A stretch of 64,000 nucleotides of DNA. It comes from Camelus dromedarius (taxonomy: Eukaryota). The position numbers and the translations under genes are program-made. The DNA is taken from positions 29,080,001 through 29,144,000 of the forward strand of contig NC_087436.1 of NCBI RefSeq assembly GCF_036321535.1. Reading direction: 5' to 3'. The notes below the pieces were generated by a model. That model had not been told where the DNA came from. It saw only the letters and a list, made by a program, of their open reading frames with translations, and did no database searches. Of this stretch, positions 13,065 to 26,230 are shown piece by piece (within the stretch, counting starts at the first letter, position 1; the number at the start of each line of letters is the position of its first letter).

Positions 13065-16039
13065 GTAAGGGCTAAGATTTTGCCCCTTTGTAGAATGCAA
13101 GTGCATGACGCATTCTTCAAGGTGAATAGCTGAGTATAATTTTATTATGCTTAACATATTGTCACTGTATCGTAAACACATAAGGTGCATCTTTACTTAA
13201 TAATTTTTTAAATGGCGAATTTGAATACCAAAACTCCAGCTATTGTGAATGCATATAAAATTATATGTTTTGCTCTATAATTTTTTTGGACAAGAAATTA
13301 TTTTCTTGTTATATCAATAAAGCTTTCTTTTACAGATATCCTTTCAATATACCAGATAATTTTTGTAATGTTTTTAATAATTATCTTAAATGAATATGAT
13401 AATCCATTTAAAAAAATATACAAAACCATCTGTCAAAGCCTTTAACATGCATTCTGTGGTTCCAGATTCTGATTGGCTCCCTTTTAGATGTGAGTTGTGC
13501 CTGGCCTGTAAGTCTTTATGCCTTAATTGTAATGTGTCCTAAAGCAAATGGAGTATTAATAGGCTATTTATTACAGCTGAAGATATACCATGATAAATCA
13601 CTCTTTCTGTGTTTTTGGAGGAAATGTACACAAGTGAATGAATACATACCATCAGTTTAAAACAGTCTTTCACAACAGACAACATATGACATTCTTATCA
13701 AGGAAACTATTCTGCAGCCATTTCGCCCACAGGTGAAATGTGTTTGGAGTGTCCTCAATTTTGTATCATGTGTCTGTCCTTTCTGCTCTTCTCAGACTAG
13801 TAACACTTCATGGCAAGCCGGGTACACTGTTAAGCTCCAAAAGAAAAATGTCATTAAATAGTGTATTAAAATACTCTGTTTTATTCATACAGTTGAACCA
13901 ACAGGAGAATGTTCATTTTCGTAAGCATAGGATTACTAACAGAATGGCAACACTAAAGGTCAGTTTTGGAATGAGCTCTCATTTAATGAAGTTTACAAAT
14001 AAGCATATCTTATATAAGGGCAGAAAAATCAATTGTATATGAAAGTCATGCTTTTAAAGAAGTATGTTCTTTTTTAAAAATTAAAAAAAAATTACATAAA
14101 CTTTTTTTTTGAGCTCTAAATCTGTGGTGTTTTTTTTTTTTCAGATTTTTTCCAAATGTGAAATGAAGGCAAAATGAAACAAAAATGTTTTTAAAAGGAA
14201 AATAAAGTGGGGAGATTATGTGAAAATATAGGAAAATGGAGGAGTCCAGATAGTTTAAATTTATTGGATAGAGAAAACGGTGCAAGACAGCCTCTTTACT
14301 CTTACGTTCTTGGGTTCAAAGCCTTTATTCCTTGTGATTGGTGGGATCTTTTTCGTTACTAAGCTCCCTTGAACAAAATCTAAAATCAAATTAAGTCAAA
14401 ATATGTGCAGTTATGAACCATCTCTCAGAGTGGGATTTCGGTATATTTATTTTCCTTAAATATCAAAGAAATTATACGAGCTAAGTAATTCTCAAAGCAC
14501 CACATAAAGTTTAGACAGTTCTTTTCTTACAGAATATATATTTTTTTCACTTCAGCGGTACATTTTATTACAAAATTTGACAGAAGCAACCAAGGAGAGA
14601 GAGGAAAGAAACCCCCAGAGACTCTTGATTCTCTTAGCTGACAAAAAAAAAAAAGTGTCATTTTTTTAGTAATTTTTCCTTCTTTGCTGTGTTTATCCTG
14701 TATATGATCTGACTGAGACCAGACAAGGAAAGAAAAATACGTTTCATTTTTTTTTTCAACTAAAAGAAAGATTTGAAGTGTATTTACAGGTTATTTCCAG
14801 GGTAATTTCCCTTTTATTTTTAAACAGTAAGTTTTCTGAGATTCAGAATCAGCATCCAGTCCATATGTCATAAATACAAAGTTCCGAATGGTGAAGGAGG
14901 CACTGTTACCCTTGGAGACCGCGAATGATGCATGGGAGGATAGGGAAAGGAAGGATTCATACGAAGATTCCAAAACTAAGCTTGTGGGCTGTGGCTCAGG
15001 ATGACAAGACTTAGAAGGAGAGGTGGACGTTTTACTCCTGTGAGCATCGTGCACCTTGCTGTGCTCCTGGGTCTGCTGATATGCTGGGAGCCCCGAGATT
15101 TACGGAAAAGGCAGGAGAAAGCAAAGCCTCTCGGTGTAATCCATCTCATTGCCATCACAGAACAAGCATTAGCAAGTGGTAGTGACTTCATCAAGTTACT
15201 GTCTTAACAGTGACAAACCACAGGTTTTGTTTCTCCAAGGAGAAACTAGGGTAGTTAATATGAAGAGCATAGACATAAAAGATCACAGTAGTGGTATTAA
15301 TATCCTAGTGAACACACAAGACTGTGCTTGAGTGATGTTCAATTTAAGGTGTTTGAAAAACAGAAGAAAGAATTCCAGGGAGCCCTGCCCTTTCTTGCAT
15401 GTACTTTCAATAAAGGAAATGGTTTAAAATTTTAAAATATTAGATCATCCAGCACCTTGGATCTGTTTGAGGTTACCAACAAACATGATTCTTTTGTCCT
15501 TGTTTTTTTCTGCACCACCTTATATGACAGTGCTGTGAATAGCTGTAAAGAATCTCCTTTAAGCCTTAGCAAAGCCGTCAAATCTGCATCATTGGTAGGA
15601 ACTTTAAAAAGTTTTGAGTTGATAATAACTGTATCTGTAAAGTATCTAGTTATGTTAGTTCATTACAAATACCAGTCATTTTGCCTTCCTTGAGAATAAT
15701 GAGTGTAGGAAGCTTTGTGATAATTTTTATGTGAAGAAGAAAAATATAGCATGTACCCATATATGTCTTGGTATTCGTTTCAGAAAATAACAGGGTTTTT
15801 TTTGTTGTAGTACATGGTAGAAAATATGATGGAAACTGTAACAAGTTAATTAGATACTGCCTTCATAGATAATTCTGGGTACGTTCTTAAGTAGCTGTGA
15901 TCATTGAGGCAGTTTTGTTTTTTTTTTTTTTAATAACAGAGAGCCTGTTTGCCTTTACCTGATGTCCAGTTTTTGAAATTCACCCATTAAAACGGGAAGA
16001 ATTTTCTTGCTTTCAGGATTTTGAAATCTACGTATGCAA

Positions 16040-18310
16040 CTCTAACAATATATGTGGTTTGATTTTGCCTGTTTTGAACTTTATATGGCAGTATTTTGAG
16101 GTATAATTATTTTGTGTGGTGTTACAGTCACTAAATATCCGGTTTATGAAATTCATCCCGGCCATCACACGTTGATGAGCTTTTACCTTTTATTATTGCA
16201 TAATAGTCCCATTATGTGCATGTGTGTGTTACAGTGTGTTAATCCATTTGACTTTGGGCCTTTGGGTTGTTTACGTGTTTATAGGCCATTTGGATATTTC
16301 TTGCTGTGAAGTGTCTATTCAGGTGTTTTGCCTGTTTTTTTTTTTCCTTCATTGCGTTATTTCTGGTTTTCTTCTTGATATTTTGGAGTTTATTTTGTAT
16401 TGTAAGTATAAATCCTTTGTCAGTTTCATGTGTTGTAAACCCTTTTTCTATTCTGTGATAGCCATTCACTTTCTTCATCCTGTCTTTGATGATCATTTTA
16501 AAGTGGCCGATTTTTTTGTGTGTTTTTTTGTTTTGGTTTGTTTTTGCTTTATGGTTAGTGCTTTTGTCTTTTGTTTAAAAAAATTTTCCAAGATTATTAA
16601 GAGACTCTCCTAGGTTACTATGTTGTCCTCTTAAGGCTTTGCAAGGTTTTTGTTGTTGTTTTTGTTTTGTTTTGTTTTAACATGTAGGTCTGTAATTCAC
16701 CTGGTGTTATTTTTTTGCCTAGTATGATAGGTATGGTCCAATTTTATTTATTCTTTGTAGATACCTAATTGTCTCATCTCTTGAAAGGTATATTTCGCTA
16801 TAATCTTTTCCCCTCAAATCCACAATGCTTCTTTTTCATAAGTTAAATATCCATATCTACATGGGTCTGTTTCTTTTCCCTTGGTCCTTGTCTGTCTCTT
16901 TGCCAGAACCAAACTGTCCTAATTATCAATGGCTTTATAATACACCTTATTATCTGGTAGAAGAACTGGTCAGTTTTGTGACTATTTAAAAATATCATGC
17001 CTCTTTGATTTTCACATAAATATTTTAATTACATGGTTCTACACACACACATACACACACCCAGAACTGTTAATATTTCAGTTTAGGACTGCACTACATC
17101 AGTCCTAAAAAATGAAAAAAACTGCATTAAAAGTCCTAAAAAACTAAAACAAACAAACAAACAAAAAAAACCTGCATTAAATCAATCCTAAAACATTTAG
17201 AGGAAAATTGACATTCTACAATACTATTTTTTCTAGTTCATGAAAATACTATATATCTGGATTTATTTACTTCTTATGTCTCAGTAAAAACTTAAAGAAT
17301 TTTTCATACTATTTTTGGATTTATTGCTAGGAATTTGATAGTACCTTTATTTGTTTTCATATTGATGACATTCAAAATTATTTTCTTCCTAATTCAAAAT
17401 TCTAAAATCTTGCTAACTCACGTAACTAAACTATAAATTATTGGACATTTTCTTTAAATGCAGTCATATCATTTTTCTTAAAACTTGTATACATTTTATT
17501 ACTTCTTCTTGCCTTACTACATTGATGGCAGATTCTAGTAGTGTTCATTAGGAGCTATACTGGGCATCCTTTTCTTATTTCCAATCTCAAAGGGAAAGCT
17601 TTCAAAATTAAATATTGTATCTATGATAAGTGCTTTAAATACTTTTCTAGACATAAGGAGTTCCTTCTTAGAATTTTCTTACATTTTTATAATGATTAAT
17701 ACTGAGTATTAACCAGTGCTTTGTCTGTCTGCACTGAAATGTTCATATGATTTATTTTTCTCCTGTAGTGTCTTAAGGTGGCAAAATACAAAGATGGATT
17801 TGCAACTTTTCTTTCTTGGTGCAAACACAACCTAGTTATGGTATAGGACCCTTTTTATATAATCCATGATTGATATCTTTGCAGACTTGCTGAGTGTTTT
17901 CTCACCTGTGTTCATAGGTGAAATGAGTCTATAACTTGTCTTTTTGATTTTATCCCTGTCAGTTTTCGATAAAAGGTGCATATTCTCTTTTTCAGTTTGT
18001 GAGGAAAATTTATATAAATTGAAATTGGTTTTTACTTGAGATTTTAGTAAAAATCTCTAGCGAAGACATCCAAGCCTGCGGTTTTCTTTCTGGGAAGATT
18101 TTTGTTATGATACCATTAATTGGTCAATTGATTGCTATGATTGCTTAAATCATAATATAAATTAATGTATTTATGGTCATAAGAAATTTGGGTATTATCT
18201 TTTTTGAGTCAGTTTTAAGTCGTAGTTTTCCAGGAATTTGTCCATTTCTTCTAAAATATCAAGTAAATTTGAATTTCTAATAATACCCTATCATTTTTTG
18301 ATGTCTACAG
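16040..18310 (-). mobile_element. Old L1 (L1ME/L1MC-like), 3'UTR into ORF2 remnant
   Basis: GTGTTTATAGGCCATTTGGATATTTCTTGCTGTGAAGTGTCTATTCAG...; the minus-strand ORF contains the L1 ORF2 C-terminal-like QAKHLNRHFTARNIQMAYKH. Confidence 0.8.
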
Positions 18311-20655
18311 TAGGTCATCTATCTCTTTTTAAGAGAAAATCCCTAAATGTGTTTTACCGTATCAGTAGACTCTTCCATTTTGTGTGTCATTTGCTAGAAT
18401 TTCTTGTTCCCAGTCCCAAACCAATCACTGTTAAAGGTAATGGAATACCATGATTTGTTTGCACTAAGGGAGACTTTGTTTCTTTCCTGTGACTTTACTG
18501 TGGAAATGCGAACACTTACACAGCTCGGTCAGCAGTAAAGAATGGCGATTAGGGCTGGAGTTACCTAGCAACCACTATTGTCTAATATAGAAAGAAAAAC
18601 AGAGGCATATGGAAAGATAAAAAGAAAAAAGAGAAAAAGAGAGAGTGAGAGAGAGAGAGAACAAGAAAGAAGAGGGGTGGGCATATTATGTTTTGCTTAA
18701 ACTGATCTGAGTTAGCATTCTGACTTAATGTAGCAGGAGAAATCCTGACTGCTATGGTGAACGATGGTGGTTCTTTATTTCTTATTTTGGGTGTAATTTA
18801 TCTGCATAATGTGGCTTGAGACCAGATGGATGATTTCAGTTTTCAAGCCCATTTGAGACATTCTAGAATCAGTGAAGAATGAGCATGTGATATTTGGAGG
18901 GAAGAGGCCTTATCTTTATCTGAACAGGTTTGAAAGTGCAGTGGGACTAAGACACTTGTTTATCAAAGTTTTATATTCCAGGAAATGCTAGTGGCTATAA
19001 CAGAGGCCAGACATTCAGCAGTTAAAATAATGCAGGGATTTGTTGCTCTACGTCTAAGGTAGATACATAGGTGCTCAATATCACAGGAAGGTAAAAAGTA
19101 CCATGGTCTTGGGAGTCCAGATTGGACGGAGCATTGCCTCACTTTTGTTTGCATTCCATGGAGAGTTTAGTTATGTGGCTGCATCTAACTGCAAGGGAGG
19201 CTGCTGCGTGCAGTGTAGTTGGACGTCCACGTGCATAGTCCTTCTGTTACTGCAGAGAAGAGGAGAATTTAGTTATTAGGCAGTGAAGTCGGCTACACTG
19301 TCAGTCATTGTGTAATGTCAGTGTGTAGATCAGAAAAAAAGAAATGTAATAATTTCTTAGAACAAAATGTTACAACATTTCTAAAAGTTTCTGTGGCACT
19401 AGAGCTTTAGGAGAAGATATATTTAATAAAGATAGTGTTTCACAATTAAAAAAAAAAACTCCCACCAGTTTCATGCCTTAGTAAAAATCATGTCATTTTG
19501 CATTGTAGGAAATATTTTCTATTTCCAGTTTGCCTTTAAATCTAGCATGTCCTCTTGGCGTTGATGCCAGTAACAACCATTTCATTACAGTAGTTTCTAT
19601 TCACGTGGTGACTGTAATATTGAGGAAACTATTATTTATCAACCAAAAGACCCTTAACAAATGCTGAGTCAGTTGAGACTTTTTTAGGTTTTTATTGTGT
19701 TTGTTTATTTTTCATGATATTGGTTTTCAAGGATACATCATGTGTTCTAATGTGGTAAGAATAATTTGGCACAGTACAGATAAAATAGAAACCACATAAA
19801 AGACATTATGGAATTAGAAGATATCTTTTGAAGGAAACATTGATTATTTCATTGTGTTTATGGATTACTTCTAAAGAAAATAGTCCCTAAAGTCCTTTCT
19901 AGGCTTTGTGCTGGGGGAGACACTCTGTCAGACTAACAAAAACATTGTAGCCTCTTGAAAAATGCTGGGAAATAAACAACAAAAACTGAAACTCTCTTTT
20001 TCTTGTTATCAAAGTGTTATACACTGACTTTAATGTTCGCTCTTTTAGATGACCCATCACTAACTTAGGCTGAATTTTGTGAAACATTAAAATGTGGGGA
20101 TTTCATTGTATTGTTTTCACTGGAAGTAATCAAATATGAATCTCAGAAGTAATTGTTTTAACAAACTATTTTAGGACTATTATTATTATTGTTGTTTGCC
20201 TAAATTTGCCCTCTCTTTCTTAAAACTGATTGTGAGTAAAAATGTTCATCTTTCTCTCTTAGTTTTTTTATGATTTCCTCATTCATCCGAGAATGGCAGT
20301 ATTACTAAGTATTTCTTTACTCTTAGTACTTATCATGTTTTACAGCAAGATAACCCAATTTTTGACATAGTAAGTAAAACTGGGTTAAATTCTTTATTTG
20401 CATTTACTTTTATGTAAAATTTTTATGGAACTACCTAATAGCATTTCTACAAAACAATAATAAAATTAACCAAGATTGTATAGTCTCTCTCCTAGTTTTT
20501 GTTTGATCTAAGCAAGTTTTACTGTTTATCATTGTACTGTTAGATCATTATAAATAACCATATCCAAATCAACTTAATTTGCAGTTTGCTTCCTTGATAT
20601 CTGGGTTGTATATGACTTATTAGAATAGTCCTTGAGTTGTGAAGCCACGTAACAG

Positions 20656-20725
20656 ATATGGTCAGTATTTAGGACAATGATTTTAGAAATATTGCTAAAA
20701 TCATTATCCTAAAGGCTGATCATAT
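20656..20725. repeat. 70-bp near-perfect palindrome
   Basis: Left arm ATATGGTCAGTATTTAGGACAATGATTTTAGAAAT versus reverse complement of the right arm ATATGATCAGCCTTTAGGATAATGATTTTAGCAAT: 30/35 identical, no spacer. Confidence 0.95.
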
Positions 20726-21419
20726 TTAGTAATAAATTATTTTTAAAAATTGACTAGCCATCTGTAGTAATGTTACATTGATATCAACTATCCAAACATT
20801 TGCTATGTCCTCACATAGGATTTCCTAACATAAACTTTTGGAAGAGGTGATTTTTGACCTTCTTAATGTACCCCAGAAAATATTCATTTTGGACACAAGA
20901 AACTAAATGTTTCCTTTTTTTTTTACTATTGAGTACAGGACACTTATAGTGTCTAAAAATTTATGCATGAAGTACTAATTAACCTACAAAAGTTTAACTT
21001 GTATCAGTTTTTTTTTTTCTTATTTAGCAAAAATAATGTCAGTGGGGCTTACTTTTAATAAAGGACATATTTGTTTACCACCTGGTTGCTTTCCCTTTTA
21101 AAAAATTCTGTTATTTATACTACTTTTCAGTTCCATTTTAAACCTCTGCCACCTGCTTCGTACCCATCTTCACTCTGAATGCACTGGCACCCTTTACCTA
21201 TACCAGCTCTGCAGTTGTGGTTAATAACCATGTTGATTGTTCATATTATCCACTTTATCATAATACTTATCTTAGGATTAAGAATTACAAAGCCTGTACA
21301 CTTAACCCATATTAGGTTTCAAAACACATCCTCACAGATTTTCTGAAACCTCTTCACATTATTAAGTACTGACTTATTGTTGAGACAAATAGCAAGCAGT
21401 TTTTGTTTTTGAGGCTCTT

Positions 21420-21815
21420 ATCTAATAGTATTACTACATTAGAAATTAAAAGAAATACATTCAAAACCTTTAAGATTTGTTTAACTTCATGTTAACATAA
21501 ATAACATGTTATTATGAAAAATACAATTTTAAAACAAAATAGTGAGGAGAGTAGCATTTTCTCACATTTTGGCAAATCTCTTTAACGTCTGGCTTATAGA
21601 AGTTAGCTGGATTCTCATGTGTTCTTGCGTTCAGTTTGCTGTGATCTCATCTGTCTTTTAGCCTCTGGAAGCTTCCACTGCATTCCTGCGAGAGAAAAGG
21701 AGTGAAAAGGCAAATAATGTCTTATTATTATTAGAAAACTACTTCTGACCTTGTGGACCCCCTGACAGATTGTCAGAATCCCTAGGAGTCCCTTGACCAC
21801 ACTTGGAGAACCACT
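21420..21815 (-). mobile_element. Charlie1-family hAT DNA transposon, terminal fragment
   Basis: GCAAATCTCTTTAACGTCTGGCTTA...AGCTGGATTCTCAT...AAAAGGCAAATAATGTCTTA...GACCTTGTGGACCCCCTGA...GACCACACTTGGAGAACCACT matches the Charlie1 5' end in antisense. Confidence 0.8.
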
Positions 21816-24109
21816 TTTGTTGAAGACTATTATCCAGCTCATTCAAAATATTTTATGTTTCTCTCTCAACTCCTCATATCTGTTAAAATCAGTTGCTGTA
21901 AATTTTTATATTCCAGCCCTGCACTAATGGATTGCTGATGGGACCCAGGCCAAAATACGCGAATATGCTAATATGCTACCAGCATTATCTCTGACTTGGC
22001 ATGTGTTATTCCCACTGCTGAGGGAGCCTTCGCTCATCTTTCAAGTTTCTCAAATGTCACCTTCTCTGTGACACATTAATCATGCCTTTGTCTTTCTTCT
22101 TATGTACTTCACACATTTATTATTTTACAACCAAGGAGGTATTAATTACAGTCTACAAGCCAAGATGTGTATGAGATACCACTTTAGTTCCTTTAAAACT
22201 TGTTTTACCATTACCCTTTAACTTTCTAACTTTACAGGAGATCTTATCTTCTACGTGGGAGGTTCTCCTTCCCAACCTAATGTCCCTCTGGAGTCTGAGA
22301 GCCCTACTCAGTGTCCAGGGAATGAAAACGAGCATCTGCTGACCATGGTGATCCATGCTGAAGTTCCCACTGCCCACACTTAACGGTGGTGGTCTGCTGG
22401 TCTATCGCTGTTCAGCTGCTCACCTACTATGCTTGGAGGGACAGAATCTTTGCTGAGGCTGGTGACCAGTGACCATGGCCACGTGTCCCCACGTCCCTCA
22501 TAGGCATCCCACCCGTCGGCCTTGGGTCACTGTCCTGTCACTGTTTGTGTCTGTAATTCTGGGCCCCCACCCAAATGAGGAAAACTGTAAGTTAGGGGGA
22601 ACCCCAACTTGCCTCCTGCTTTTCCAAGTCCCTTTTTGATTTACCTTCAACACAGTGATGCTCAGTAGGTGTAGGATTTACAAAGCACAGGTTAAGAATT
22701 CTGGCAGGTTCTTCCCTTTCCTTCTCATTACATACCTACCCTGAGTATATGAACACGGACCTTTCTACTTTCTTGAAGGGGAGTCAGAATAAAAGGCGAA
22801 AATCTGGGATAGGGAAACACTGCTTAATCTACCTATGTAGTGTCTAGCCATATATGTATTAGACTTGGTTGTTTTATTTATTAGGTTTTATCTTTGCACC
22901 CTACTCACCAACACACACACAGCTCATCATGTTGATGTGAATGCCTGTATGAATGTCTGTGTCATAGCTTCCAGCATGAAGCATAATGACCAGCATATAG
23001 TTGAATCTCTGTAAATGTCTGTTAAGGCAATCTAAAAAACATAATTAAGGTCTTTAACTACCAATATGTTTTATCTTAATTCTCTGGAAAAGAATCTGAG
23101 CTGTGCCTTCCTGTTCATCATTTGAATTGAAGAATTGGAGGCTAAAGGCCACAGATAAAATACTGACACTGTTCTTCAAGGATTTTAATATAATAAAACA
23201 AGTTCTTATTATACTAGGAGCATTTACTGAATATCAATGCCATGCAAAGCTCTGTGTTAAAGTACTGAAAGGAAATATAAAATAAGTAGACACTATGTCT
23301 TCTGACCCAGAATTGTTTACAAACTAAAATTTTCTTTCCAATGCTGGAAAATTATAGCCATCTAATACACTGAAGTATGCACGCTAACCCACGTGTCTGC
23401 AGGCATTTCTGTGAGCGCTAAGTGAAGTGATGATTTAAAATAACTAGGACAGGGTGTCATAGGTGTCAGGTGCTGCTCAGTAAATGGCAGCTACTTACTT
23501 TGCTTTTGGATTTCCCTCTGACTGTAGACCTCGGGGGGCCTACAGCACCGCTCCTGTACAGCCCTAAGAAATACCGCTTCTCTCTGCTGCCAGTAAATTC
23601 TTTTTGCACCAAGAGGAATCTAGAATTTTCTTGCTTAATTAATGTGCGTAATAAAATAACTATTACAGTATCAGGAAATGGAAAGCCCAAATGTTTCTCT
23701 AATATCTTAGGAATGTACTTCACAAGAGGCAGTGGAAAGCAATCTGAGTATGCCAGTAACTTTCAAAGTTTTTTTCTGACTTCTTTCTTTTTCTGTCATT
23801 TATTGCATGCTGATTGTCTGCCGTGTCCCAATAAACTCAAAGTATGTGTTGACACATCCTGCTCAGCTTCTTGAAGTATATTAACATGTACAACGTAAGA
23901 TCTCTTCCAGAATAAAAATTAGCCTTTACTATATAATGAGAGGAGAATTGCTCTGACTTCTTGATAAACATTTTAGAAAGGATGATAAAGGCAAATTTAC
24001 TATTTGCTATAAAACTTCTGTAGACACGTGAAGGGTTTGCAGACTGAGAATGTGTTTGGGTAATTTTGTCAAAACAAAAATCCAATAATATAAAATCTTT
24101 AACGTAATA

Positions 24110-24350
24110 GTCTTCCTTTTGTTGGTGCTTAAGAACATGGGGTCTAACATCTGTTTTCATCTTGGCTCCATGCTTGCCACTGTGAGCCAATTCTTACATC
24201 TTCTGATCCACAGTTTTCACACCTAAAAAAATGAACTAGAAATAGGACCTTGTGATGAGTTGATTGTAATTAATAAGTGATGCTTCACAGAAGATGACAA
24301 AGAGTGCCTAACACATTGTAAGTGTTCATTAAATATTAATCATAATAATA
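24110..24350 (+). mobile_element. MIR SINE
   Basis: GGTGCTTAAGAACATGGGGTCT...CTTGGCTCCATGCTTGCCACTGTGA...CAGTTTTCACACCT...GTGCCTAACACATTGTAAGTGTTCATTAAAT. Confidence 0.7.
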
Positions 24351-25529
24351 AATTAACTTCTAATATCTGTCCTCAGAATATATCCATATACATTGCATGA
24401 AATATTATTTAAGTTTTAAAAACTACTTTCATCTTTCATCTAGAATATGCTGAACATTTATAATACATTTGAATGATAGATTAGCTCATGGAAATATTCC
24501 TTATGTATATTCTAGTCCTAGATTTCAGAACTTAAAGTTTGAATTTAGAAAAGAAGTTAATCTCCCTAATTATAAATACCATCTTTATCATTTGATTTTA
24601 TCATACACATTTAATTGATATCCTCATTAACAATTCTTTTCATTTGATGATAAATTAGAACAGATCCCCACGCATTTGATGGTTACATTAAATATGTGGT
24701 AAAAATCTCCTTTCTCTGAACTTGGTGTACATATGCTTTTCATCCTTAGCTGCTTACAGGAAGTAGGTAAGCTTTTCCTTTTATTTTCTCTACTCAGTTT
24801 CAAGACTTGTACAGTGATAAGTATCAATGAAATTCTGAAATTTCTCTCACTTTTATAGTCACTGTTAACTTGCCTAACTTAGTTCAGCTAAGCTCATGGG
24901 CAGGTGAACATTGGCAACTAATTTAGAAAGTTGTCGTATTTGACAGGAAAGCTTCTATAATCGTGGATTTTCTACTCTATTAATATTGTCAACTGGACTG
25001 TTTTCTGACCTTCTAGAATAAATATGAGCTGTATTTGCTATTATTCACTCAACTACTCTGAATGAAAAATATTTCACTGGCTAGTGGAATTTTTCAAGAC
25101 ACAAATGTTATACTCAGAACATTTAGTGAGATGATCATTAAAATTCTCCTTATTTACTGTACTTGGAGCTTCCTTTGGATTTACCTAAGTGTAGCTGCTC
25201 TGTTATCCTTTCTTCAGCTAAATGAAAAAGAGAAATTTTTTAAAATTCTCAAGTCTAGAAGATTGCCTTTGTGTGTTTCCATTTTAAATTAGCAGATATT
25301 TTCTCTAAAGGTTGTAGTGTAATGTGAAAGCACCACAGGGGACAACCTCTCTCCCTCCTCGTTCTCTCTTTCGTGAAGAGAGGAATCTCTTGAGTGAGAC
25401 TTTGAATTAAGCAAATATAAAGCAGAGCCCCGCTTCTCAAATGAAAGATTCCATCAAGTAGTTCTAGGAAGTTAAATCTATTTGCAAGTAAACAGAAGCA
25501 CCCCTCCGTTAATTTACTCAGCACAGCAC

Positions 25530-25770
25530 AGGGGTTAAGGGCAGGTTCGTACAGCCAGAGGGCCTGGGCTAATAGTCCTGTCTCTTCTACCTGTGCCCTG
25601 ATCAAGTTACTTGTCCTGTGTGTGCTTCAGTTTCCTCAGCTGTCAAAGGGGGCTAAAAACGGCACTTCTTCAGGTTGCTACAAAGGAAAACTGAATGTGT
25701 CTTAATTTTTTGTGTTTAAGATGTTAGGAACTGTGCCTGCCAGGCACAGTAAACACTGTAAAAGAGGACA
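25530..25770 (+). mobile_element. MIR SINE
   Basis: GCACAGGGGTTAAGGGCAGG...CAAGTTACTT...CTTCAGTTTCCTCAGCTGTCAAAGGGGGCTAA...GTGCCTG...CACAGTAAACACT. Confidence 0.7.
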
Positions 25771-25779
25771 TTATATAAA

Positions 25780-26230
25780 TACTTGAAGTTATTCATTGCT
25801 ACGATGTGCCAAGCACTGAGCTTAAAGAAACAAGACAGACAGACTGACTCCTATTCCTCCTGAGATTATAGCAGGGAGTTGGTATAGTTGAATAAACCGG
25901 GAGGGAGAGGGAGTGGGGAACGGGAGGAGCAAGAGAGAGAGAGAAAGAGACAAAGAAAGACATAAAGACAGTGACAGAGAATGAGAATGTAAATAAATGA
26001 TTATAAATTACGCAAAGTTCTGTGAAGAAAAGCCAACAGGGTGCTTGCTGAGTTAGAGACTAAGTAGGGTGTACATCAGATATAGAAGAAGAATGTGATT
26101 AGAAGACACGGAAGTAAAGACTAGAAAATGCACTTTTCTTACCAAGTGCTAGAGGAAGGGTCATGGAGTGGCAGGGGTGGAAGCAGGAGGCCCAGTTACA
26201 GAGCTGGTCTACTCAAGAGATGATTGGAAC
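25780..26230 (-). mobile_element. LINE-2 fragment with internal GA-rich stretch
   Basis: TGCTACGATGTGCCAAGCACTGAGCT...AACAAGACACAG...CTCCTGAGATTATAG; GTGGAAGCAGGAGGCCCAGTTA. Confidence 0.55.

Noticed and set aside
14791..15207. Overlapping ORFs in a GC-richer patch
   Set aside because: No recognisable protein and no coherent acceptor/donor pair.
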